A stretch of 63,951 nt of DNA from NCBI GenBank assembly GCA_002633005.1, contig NMRA01000497.1, forward strand, positions 19,073 through 83,023. Direction: 5' to 3'. This DNA is from Phoronis australis (taxonomy: Eukaryota > Animalia > Phoronida). Below, piece by piece: positions 26,749 to 38,700 of this stretch. A program made the position numbers and the translations under genes. The notes beneath the pieces are model-generated. The model ran no database searches. It was given only the letters and a program-made list of their open reading frames with translations, and was not told where the DNA came from. Positions within the stretch are counted from its first letter, which is position 1. Every line of letters begins with the position of its first letter.

Positions 26749-26771
26749 ATGTCATATTCATATTGCTACAC
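26749..26771 (+). CDS. Myb: Myb coding exon 1 (predicted)
   Basis: ATG TCA TAT TCA TAT TGC TAC AC|GTAAGT; phase 2 matches exon 2. Confidence 0.7.
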
Positions 26772-29700
26772 GTAAGTGTTTTATATGTGCTTTGCGATTC
26801 CTTACTTCTCCGTGTACAAATTTCTGGCCTAAAGTGTAAGGATCACCTCAGCTGTTCTGAAAACACGGTTCAGTAAATAATCATTGGTTGTTGTCACCTG
26901 ATTGTGTCGGTGATGTGAAGTTTTTGCAGAAAATAGACATTGATCGGATGCAAACTACTGCCATTCTATATTCGTGCAGTCTGGTAAATCTAGGATCCAG
27001 TTATGTGTTGTACGGCCAATAAATTTTGGCCACCATTGTCATTGACTTGACAAAGCAAGGACAAGTCAAATGGTTTGAACGTTTATTTATACGTTTGTTT
27101 TTTTTGCTCATCACTCACGCCTATTAAACGCGAATAAACATTATGTTATTACCTGTTTGTGGCATCATCGATCATGTCAAATGGCAAGTTGATATGTATT
27201 TGGGTTGGAACTGAGAATCGGCCATTGAGCTATCATCAGCATAGCCTTGGTACAAAGCTGTATACTAAATATAAAGCTTTGCACCGATGTGGGTAAAAAA
27301 AGTGGTAAGATAAAATCTGACACAAAATTAGTGCTATTAAAAGTTACAGTCTTCCTTGAATAAACTAAATTATTTAACGGTGTTGGAAAAAATGGCGTTC
27401 GACCGTTCTTCTATGCTGCTAAAGTTGTGGAGCGATCTTCTGGGTCGTCTTTCGGCGCCATGAAATATTGCATCACCTTTTGACCAGTTTCTTTTTTCGC
27501 CGATTCTTTAATCAACTGTTGTTCTTCTCACGAGGTTGCGTACAGGTCACAACAAATTATTTGATACCGAAAAAACGAATTTCAGAACAAATTTAGCTGC
27601 GAAGTTGTAGCAAAAATTTAGGAAGTAGCGCGTGTGCGTGACATGAGCGTACTGTTTTCAAAACGACAACAGACTTTTCGTTGTTACTAAAGGTCGAGAA
27701 TGACGCAAGAAAATGACATTTGTTGCATTGTTTTTCACTTAAACGGTAGTAACAGACATGGTGAATATCGGTTGACTCCCAGATTTTGCATGCACCCCGT
27801 CCGGTCTTTAGCTTTACATGTTTCACGGCGAGGTGACGAGCAGAACTACCCTAGCTGTGTGCAATTTCGGGGTCTATGGAAGAAAAACGTAGTGGAACTT
27901 AGCTGTATTTTGATGATAGTTTTCATACAGCTACCTGGCTGGCTATCATTAGCATAGAAAAACGTGAGAACACTCCTTATTTGAACTGGCTGACATTTTT
28001 GTAAGTTTCTCAGTGCATCACCCAAAGTTTGGTTACTCATTACAATTTATTGCCCTTTTTACCGAAGGTGAGCTTGTTTAACTTAAATTTGAGACGGATG
28101 TTCCGAAACTGCACTAGAACCAGAATGTGTTGAATACAACGCCACACATTGTCTTTGAAATACTTTGCTGATGCCTCGGCTCATACCAATGAAGCAATGT
28201 ACTTAGCCACTTTTGCTAAGATAGGAGACAAGCACAACAAATTCCTGCACCATATCTCATGAAACCACGCTGCCCCAACTGTCACGAAAATATGAACCTC
28301 ATGAAAAACAGGACCTCTGTGTCAGCCAATCAAAACTTACGTACGGTCTTGTTGTTTCCCATAGCTTTTTATGTGTCCACATAGATGATAATCTATATAG
28401 GTGCATATTGTTGTCACCTTTGTCTGGATTGTCCGGCATCCGCAGCTGTATCTCCTAAACCCCTTGCAGGATGATAATAAGATTTGACAGATATGTTTCT
28501 ATAAAGCTGACGACAGAGGACCTCGAGTTTCGGACTGATGCGATTCATCTACCGCTCTGCCTCCTAGTTCCTTTTGCACTAACGTGTTTTTGTTATTTTT
28601 CAGAACCCAGGACACCAGTGACGAAGATTCAGATGATGGTGACCACTTCGACCACGATTATGATGTGCCTGTAGCCAGAAGCAAGAAAAACATCAACAAA
28701 GGCAGATGGACGAAAGATGAGGTATCTGATCCTCGGGGTACTTTTTCACTGTGACTGATGCCACTGTCTTATGACCCATGCATCGTGTGAACTGAAAAGT
28801 GATAACGAACACTTTCATGTACACATAAAAAATATAAGCTAAGCTAACAATCGTTTTGTTTAGAACTTAAACCATCGAGGGATTAAGGGGGATGTCTGCA
28901 AATCGCACACCGTTCAGTTGTTGACGGTATAGATTTCTGATATCTCGTGTGTGCTATCCTGTTTGTAAGCACTGATGATGGTTTAAGTTGTAACCAAAAT
29001 GTTTGTTTACATTTGTGAAGTACGTTCGTTATAAAGCGTTCATTGTCACCTGCCTGTTGAACATTTGGCGTAAAACGCTGGTTACAATGTGAACCGCGTC
29101 GTTTCTTGTGTCCAGACCTCAATACAGCTCTGCACATCACATAAACAAGTCAAAAGTGTGTGCATTGGGATGTCTTTTGGGTGATAAATTCACTGATACA
29201 GGGCTTGGAATTTTCCGCGGAAATGCGGATTTCCGCTTTTTTGAAATGTGCTTTCCGCTTTTTTTATAATATTTCCGCGTAAAAAAATCGGATTTGATAT
29301 GAAATTTCCGCGGCAAATTCCTTTCTTACCGCGGCGTTGCAGACGACGTTCACCTCGGAGGTTCACATTGACCATTTCAAAGGCTGGTTATCGGGCATGA
29401 TTTGGGCCGTAAAAGTTTCCGCTTTTTTGTCATTGGTCATTCCAAGCCCTGCTGATATGACACCTTGGGAATGACAGGTAAACACAGAATGAGATTCACA
29501 GACAATGTAGATTAAGACAACAAACTGACTTGAGCAGAGTGTACTTAACTCAGTCAGCTTCCCTTTAGTACCACTTGGGTAAAGGTGATGATTTTGATCA
29601 GGCAGATCTTTCTACCACTTGTTCCATCAGTACCCGACTTACAAGCTTCCCGTTATGGTAACATCATTTGCAAAATCTATGTTACCACATCGCCACCTCA

Positions 29701-32700
29701 AAGAAATTTCAAGAAGATGTCCCTATTACAGTATCACCAATTGCTGGTGTGTAATTTCTGTTGACTTGGCGATTTATAATGTTTCCAGGATGAGAAGTTG
29801 AAGAAAATCTGCCTGTCAACGGGAACTGCGGACTGGAAGACGATTGCTGGATATTTCAATGACAGGAATGACATTCAATGCCAACATAGATGGCAGAAGG
29901 TTCTCAATCCAGAACTTATCAAAGGACCTTGGACTAAAGAGGTGATTCGTTGTATCTACCATTATGACCACTATGCCAACAGCTGTTTCTTTTTTTGCGA
30001 TTCTTTGGTGAATTTGCCTATTAATACAATATTTATTGTCAGATGGAATATTTGAATTGTTTTGAAGAAATTTTGATGAATCACCAATTTCGGACAAAAG
30101 AAATTGTCAATACGGACCTTTTTAATTTTTCATAGACTTCTAACATTGTTCTGTGGATTAAAAATTTTGTTTGGTATGATTCATATTTTGCAAAAATGTT
30201 ACACGTTTACCATATTCTGTGCCAGCATTTGTTACTCATTTGACTAGCTCACGAATTGTTAGAAAAAAACTAGCAACCAGTTTCAAAAATGGGTCGCATT
30301 TGTTAACAATGTACATTGGGCAACAAAGAAGATAAATGTGCACTTAAAATAATGTAACCGTAAGTTCATTCGCGTCACTGAGACATTGTTAGTACACAAG
30401 TCGTTGGTAGGCACGCTTGTTGGCGCTCATGCAGTTTGGACACATTAAAAAGTCGTCTGGAGAAAATGTGATGGTTATGATATGGAAGAACCAATGCGCC
30501 TGTGAGTGAACTTTGACCTTAAAATGCGGTTTGTAGTGGTTTCGAATAGGTATTGTATTGGCTAACACACTTACACGATGCACTCAGATGTAATATTTAA
30601 GTGATGTAATGCGTATGTAGTATAAAGTTGAACCTGGGTGCTGCAATAACTGTTATTCTAGGAAGATGAGAAGGTATTACAGCTGGTGCGTATACATGGT
30701 CCAAAGAGGTGGACACTGATATCCAAGCAGTTGAAGGGAAGGACAGGCAAACAGTGCAGAGAAAGGTATGAACTTTCATACATCGTATCATTGTTTCAAA
30801 TGGCGTCATGCCATATAAATAGCTTTAGACTATTCAATGTATTCAACAGAACAGGAAGCAATGAGTTGCTGTCGTCATAAGAGCCGCACTGCTCATTCAG
30901 CTTTATCACACCATGTTTGTGGTGAATCGGATCTTCTTAAAGTAACTGTAAATCTCTGCCCATTTGAACCAGGGCTTGGAATTTTCCTCTTTTAAGAGTA
31001 TTTCCTCTTCGTTTCGATTTGCTCTTATTTGATTTCCGATTTCCTATCTTTCATCTCTTTTTTTGTCAATATTTTGACTTATGTAAGTTTTTACAACACA
31101 AAGAATATTTCTATCACAAAAGCCTATTTATTTGTGGATCGATACATAACATGGAAAATTGTCCTTTTTTTGTCGTTGGTCATTCCAAGTTTGTTGAACT
31201 GACAATAGTTATGCTTTGTCAGTGGGAGACCAATTCATTGCTTTTTGTACTGTGTGTGAGGGTGATCTCATCGGTGACAAGCCCAGGTTTTCGTGGGGGG
31301 TCCTCAAGACACTAGCATGATATCAACTCCCCTTACATGGTGCACAAGGAGGAAAGATACAATAGTGAATGGTCAAATTGGGTGGATGACAGGTGCTGAC
31401 ACCTGGTTGACACGGATGTGTTCTAATTTGCAGTGCACTTCAGCGGTGAGCACTCCTGGCTTGATGAAAGGATTCTTTAATATGCATGTGCACTTTGGAT
31501 ATTGAGTGACTTTTCCACTTAACAAGTAGATGGCAGTCCCTTTCATTCGCAAGTCTCCCATTATTTTTGATAATAATAGTTTTGCCTCGGGTATAAAAAG
31601 GCATTTGAGCTTTGGTTTTAGTACCCTACTTTATTTTATTTTATTTTATTTTATTAACGAATAAGCAAAAATACGGTTGTTAAACTGGTGGTGTTTTATA
31701 GATGGCACAACCATTTGAATCCCGAGATTAAGAAGTGCGCGTGGACCGAAGAGGAAGACAGACTGATCTACCAACTTCACAAGAGAATGGGCAACAGATG
31801 GGCAGAGATTGCCAAATATCTCCCCGGAAGGTATACTCGAAATGCCCTACGCCCAACCTGTAAACGCAGGACCTTGTTAGATCATTGTAAATTTTCAGGC
31901 AAAAATAAGATGCTTGTTCAATTGGAAGGATGGATGACTTTGTTAAATGCTACGCATTTGTGATCTCAGCATAAAAGCTTAAGTGTTGCGCACGTGTGCA
32001 ACTCGAGAACCATGCTGGAGCATCATTAGTTTCTAATTGTGTCTTTGATTCAAGCTTGGAATGAATTGAGTTTCTTTGTAGCAAAACTTCAACTTAAGGA
32101 AATACTCTACGTACATCTCTTCAGCGCTATGAGAGTATGAAAGCGTCCTTCGCTTGACACAAGTTCTAATTCTGATGTGCAAACCGGGCTGCAACACCTT
32201 TCGTGCACAGTGACGCTGAGATGTTGGCGTTTTCATCTGAAAATGTCGTAGCACAACTGTAGCAATTTGACAGCATGGTAGTGCAAAGAATTTATTAAAA
32301 CACTGGGAAATATCCCACTGCATTAAGTTCATATGTGAATGCAGAATGGTGTCTGTGCACCAGTGACCCTATCGCCATCTAGTGACTGTGTATTTTGTCA
32401 TGTCACTGCTTTATCAGAAAATAAGTATTATTGAATTATCGCAACTTTCTACTGACAGTTAACTGTTCCGTTTAGGCAAACTTATGCTTCTCAAAAAATT
32501 TGAAACAATATTCAATCCGTCTGTTTTCTCAGTTGAACAAGTACAAACTGATTATGTACTTGGCATTCCAAGTGGGTAATTTGTATGAAAATATGCTAAT
32601 CTGAGACGCAATTGTCGGGTAAAATGTCCAAAGAACATTATTGTAAATAAGTCGTTTTTCATATTCTAGAACTGACAATGCCATCAAGAACCACTGGAAC

Positions 32701-35700
32701 TCCACTATGCGACGGAAGTTTGAAAATGAGGAGGAGACGAGGGCAGTTCAAGCAAAACTGCCCCAGTCCTATACCCCGAGCGCAGCCAACAGCCTTCAGG
32801 GCCTCCAGCCCGTGCGGCTGTTTCAGAATGTAAAGGTAAGTTGTTTGGAAGTGCGGGTCGGCCCTCAAGTTGTAGGTTGCTTTCTGACACTCGTAGTTCG
32901 AACTTGTACAACGTCTACGCAGGAAAATATATGATCTCAATAAAGTTTTAGAGTTTAGATTAATAACAACTTTGCATTTTTTTCCATAGACACCTGTGAA
33001 TTTCAATGAAGCAGTCTTCTGTATTATCATCAAATAAGTTTTTTCAAGATTCTGCACAAACAGAGCTTGTATCTAGTTATGTGCTTGCATAACCACTCGT
33101 GTCTGTGTTAAGACGACAGACAACACCATGAGCTTCCAGTTTCTTTTTGAACCCTGAGCCTAAAAATGTTCATGAGTGTTGAGAGTGTGTTGAATGGTTT
33201 GTTTTTAATTCCAGAGTACCAGTTCAAATCTGGCCAGTGGTTCCTCGGTTGTGGTCAAGTCAGTGGGCACTCTGTCTAGTCCCACTGGTTATAACCGGTC
33301 AGGCAAAGATTGGGAACATTGGAAGATGGTTGACACCAGTGGGATTGTGTCTCCACTCAAGTGAGTGTATCGTCTTAAAATCGATTTATGTATTTGGTCC
33401 CACTAGTGAAAAGTCTGCTTATTCTAGTCATGCTTGCAGTGAATAGTGGTTGACGACTGTTAAAGAGGAAATAGCTTTTTTGAAGCTGGTTCTGCATACG
33501 TTACTTATAAAGATATTTTGAACTTTTCTGGTTGATTTTCTTGTGAACAAAATTAGTAAAATTGGCAATTTCTCAAGCCGGCGGTGTGATGCAGTGATCA
33601 AGCTGTGAAAGTGTAGTGATCCAAGTAAGTGGTGGTCTGTTTACATTCTGAAAACTGCTCAATGGCTAAGATGCCTGGCGATTTTCAATCTCAGTTACTG
33701 TGCATAACAATTGACCTATCGCAAGCTCCGTCCCCTTGCGAAAGGTCGACAAACAAACAATAAGTGTTACCCGGCAACGTGTTGTTTGTCGGGTAAAATG
33801 GCGGCTTGGAAACAAAGGTGTGTCAAGAATGCTGTGTGCTGATTGGTCAGTTAAGCTGCCACTCAAAGTCCTCGCCATAGGTCAATTTGCTCTTAGACTT
33901 GACCTATTATGCCAGAACCAGTAAGAGTTAATGCAATAACGTGGTGTGTTCTTATCGTGCGACAAGATCACTGTGTCACTCTTCCGGTTAAAAGAATTGT
34001 TAATTTCATCTTTATAAAAACGAACTGGAAAGATTCAAAATATCTTCAAAGAATCGAATAGCCCAAATTGACTATAACGTCTTTGAAAAGGTAACGTTCT
34101 ACTTTTAACGCGTACATGGCTACTGAATGTTTTCAAGCTTACTTTGGGAATTAAAGTAAAACTGTCGACTGGTCTGGGGTTAGGGGCTTGTATGGGTAAT
34201 GAGGACTTGAACTAAGATTTGAAGATACAAAGCTCTGTTAGAACTTGAGTAGAATTATATTCAGAGCGTGGGTATGGTTGCGTATGTTTGTGCGCGTGGA
34301 GTGAGGTAAACTGCTGAAACTGAACGTGCAATCGTAGTCAACATTGCTGGATTCTTTTCGTGTGTGTCAGAACACTTTAGACAGAAATTTGGTCTAGTAC
34401 TCTACACGACCATTTCTGAAAAAAATGATCAAATCTCACTTGAGCAAAGTTTCTGAAAATATACCCATAACTGCTAATTTCTGTATTAAATTATTTTTAG
34501 ACAGTGACGCACTTATAATCACTTAACTAAACCTTTATTCAGCAATTATGATTTGGGAGTGTAAGGTCAAATTTCTGTCTTAAGTCTTGAGTTACTTTCA
34601 TCTGAAAACGACCCCGTGTCCACCTGTAATCTGTCTTTCATAAAATGGTGGTTCTATTTCCACGAGCTTATCTTTGAAATATTTTCTCCTTGTTTAACAG
34701 GTGTATCCCGGAGTTTGCGGAAGCAATAGCCAGCTCTGAAAAGTTTTGCGACATGACAACCTACGAGCTCCTCAGCGGAACCGATGTCCCACCCGGTGTT
34801 ACTCCGATCAAGTTTACCAGTTTAAATAAAAAGGGTACTTTAGGTGAGAATATGCACTTTGTGTTGTGCAGATGTAATATGGTGTACATTGCCAAATCTC
34901 TCCTAACCGAGTATCTAAATTATCCCATGTGCCTCAATAAGCCCGTCCTGAAATAGTGCAGCAACACTCTCATTCTGAGGTATTTACCCACAATGCAACA
35001 CATGGGTCTAGCAGTTCTTATGCTTCTTCTAATGCACTTGTGCCTGTCACAAGCACATTATCCTAAATTATTTCATAATTCATAACCGTAATGCATACAG
35101 ACTGGTATATTATCATTACATTTTGAATTGCTATGCGGACTTAAAAAATTGACGAGAAAAGGCGAGTATCAGTGCTGGTTGTGCAGTGCATCGTTCTTCC
35201 TTTGTTAATTAACTGGTTAATGCCTGATATTTTGAAAAGCAGGTCAGTCATGCAGCGAATTTTTTGCTGCAGGACGGATCTATTGGCCATGTTGTGAATG
35301 GTTACTAGTCATCCTGGTAAACGTTGACTGGATGATTTGTAAAAGTTGTGTTTGCCACAGTTTGTTATAAAGCATACTATTAGAAACCCGGCCATTTACG
35401 AATTTTAGTCATGTCCCATGCCCTGCCTCTGTCAGAGACCAGGTGTTTATAACATCAAAATAGCTCATACACAGCTTCTATTGGAGACTTTTATTCCAAA
35501 CACTACGATGACACGCTTCTGCATTAGAAAGTGAGATTTCCATGTTCTTTATCTTAGTGCATGTTTTCAGGGTACAGATTTGATGGGCACGCTATATCTT
35601 CTTTGAAAGAAGGTGGACTTATATCAATAACTTCTCCGGTGGTCTCCAGGAAGCTGACAACACCAAAAACTCCAACTATACTGAGAAAGAGCAAACGAAA

Positions 35701-38700
35701 GCGTGCCGTATCCTTTAGCATTTAACAATTATAATATTCCTATGTTCACAGGTTTCCTATCCCCACGAAATTGTGAAAAGCGAATATTGGCAGCGAAAGT
35801 TGTATGAAATGTGCCATTGCTTTTTTCTGATTTAACCACTTCAAAACTCCATGATTTCTTGAGAGAAATCTCTAGAGTAGGATAAGAACAATCAAATCAA
35901 ATGTTAAAACGGGAATGCTTATGAATAAGAATCTATGTATCACTATCAATTCTTGCAAGTTTGGACATCATTCGGCATTTACAGTTGAAAATTGCTAACA
36001 TTCTGTCTACTTTGACAAAATATGATGCCAATCCATGTTGAAAGAGAATATTTGGAAATGTCAACTTTACACTAATTTTTTTTCTTTAAAATTTGTTTTT
36101 ATCTAAAATGAAGTGGAAAGAGTACCTTTAAGGTATTATTCAAGCGCCATTGTTCTACATGTAGATTTTTTAGCCATCTATTTTCTTTGACTCACACCAG
36201 AATCCCGTTAAGATAATCCGGGATGAGGCTACTGATGAGCTCCCCAAATCTATCCTGTCGTTTGTCAAGTCTCCCACTCCGAAGACGCCGAAGGGGACCC
36301 CTATAAAGCTTCTTCCATTCTCGCCGTCACAGGTTAGCGTTACTTTTGTTAATGAAATGCGTGCCTCTTAGTAAACTGTTCAGTCTACTCTGGTCTTGTG
36401 TAACACACTTTTGGATTACTTGTCATTTGGCTGGTGAGATAAAAACTAGACAGGTTAGGTCATGAGGCATTGGTGATCTTGAAGCTTAATAGATGGCACT
36501 AGTCATATGATGGTGAAAAGCATTCTTTACTTGGCGGAATTCTTCGAATTCCGCCAAGTATGTTGGTCTGACGGCAATTTTTTTTTTTTTTGTTCGCACT
36601 CTACAGGTCGCAATTTTCGTCCGATTTTCACGAAATTTGCACACGTGTAGATCAGAAAGTCCTGGAAGCCTATTGTTTTTGGTCATGATCGGATACAAAC
36701 TGGCGGACGTGGCGGCCATTTTGTATCCGATTTCACAGTCAAATACTCGTAGATGCCGCATTTCTCGACCTACATGGCTGAAAATCGGTACGAATACAGT
36801 AGAACGCAGGTGCTACAACTCTGCAGAACATCGTTGACTTCCGGTTAAAGATGGCGGAAATATTGAACATGGCGCATGCGCACCCCGAAATATGGCTAAA
36901 AACGTGTTCTCCTGTAGAGGGTGCATTTGCAAACCAATCACTTCCAAACTGGTCACGTGTTTGTTGAGTTTAATAAGCTTTTATAAAAAATTATTGAACC
37001 GGAAATCACTTTCAAGATGGCGGCTGTGGCGCATGTTCACACGGTTTCAATCGCTCTGGTGTCGCATTTTTAACGGGAAGAGCAAATGACGTGAATTTTT
37101 GCATGTGGATTCCTTGGCCTTTCAAAAAGTCTGCGAGAGCGTATTTCTCAGACTTACCGTTTTCGAGTTATTTGACTTTGAATGTCAAAAAAAACCGGCA
37201 AATTTTCAATTTTCTCAAAATTTTTTGATTTTTGCCAAACTACCACTTTAGATAGAGTTTTGAACGGGCTTTCAGGAGATATTTTCCATTTTGCGCTACG
37301 ACGTCTACTTTTTGAATTATTCAAGATTTTCGGTTACCGTTATTCCTTCGGTCACACGCAGCTGGCTGGCTTTCAGCTCACTTTGTTTTAGTTATGCCTA
37401 GTTGACCCAGATTGACCCAGCCAGCACTGTCCTACTGTAAAGCATGCCTCGTCCGTAATGTTGCGCCATCTATTGTTCTTTATTGTAGTTGATTGTATGC
37501 TCTATCAAAGTACGTAGAGTTGTGGACGAGCTTTCAGACGATATTTTCCATTTTGCGCTACAACGTCCACTTTTGAATTCTTCGAGCTTTTCGAATGCCG
37601 TTTTTCCTTCGGTCACCTATGAAAGGACGCAGCTGGCTGGCTTTCAGTTCACTTTATTTTGGTTATGCCTAGTTGACCCAGACTGACCCAGCCAGCGCTG
37701 TCCTACTGCAGACTGGACCGTCATGTTGCGCCATCTATTGTTCTTTATTGTAGTTGATTGTATGCTCTCTGTTTGATTTCTTCGCTAGTCACATGAATGT
37801 TATCGTGTTTGCTAAACTACCACTTTAGATAGAGTTTTGAACGGGCTTTCATTATTATTGTAGTTGATTGTATGCTCTCCATTTGATTTCTTCGCTAGTC
37901 ACATGAATGATATCGTGTTCGTCGTCTTTTCGATTAATTCCGCCAAGTGTCGCTCCTCCGAGCGCTCTCGTTTTCTCTATTTCTTCAAATTATATAGAGA
38001 TGCCGTTGTTGATTTGTGTCACCCGGTAAATATCTGGTTTCCCATTAAAAAGTCATTTCTAGACTAGAAATCCATCAGAAGAAACAATGTCAGGTCAAAC
38101 GTGTGCACTGTGTATCAATTCATGAGGCAGTTAGAGTGAGTTTAATGTTAACTTGCTGCCTGTTGGTCGCATGACCAATTGATCTTTTGTTTAGTGAGAA
38201 ACGAATAATTTGGCAGTAGTACAGGAGCTCCTCTTGAAGATACGTTTTGTTCAAGGCACCACAGTGTTGTTGGTTGACGAGTTTGGTACATACTCGTTCA
38301 AACTCTCTGGGTATATGTTGTTTAAAGATGAGACATACCTGTCTCGAAATGGGGCCATTACTAACTACGATTATTCTTGTAACATTTCTTGGCAATCTTC
38401 TTTTTTTGTTGTCTCGCTCATCATTGGTACTCATTCAGAAAATTTGAGGGAGTATGTACGAAAATCGTCATTTGGCAGCACTGCTGTGCATTTAATAATG
38501 AATTTAGTGAAATAATGTAGTTTTCTGTTACTTTAACATACTTTATATGAACACGTAATTTTTAAATATTCATTCCACACCTTCGTCCTGTTTGGTATTT
38601 CAGTTTTTGAACAGCCCTGACTTACCATTTGGCGGCAAAGTCACATCCACGCCGGTGTGCAGTTTCCCAGACAAGGCCACACCCCTTAGTCTGAAGAGCA

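Noticed and set aside
29199-29451. TTTCCGC repeats as transposon-donated E2F sites in a Myb intron
   Set aside because: TTTCCGCG does not match TTTSSCGC; more simply subterminal transposase-binding motifs
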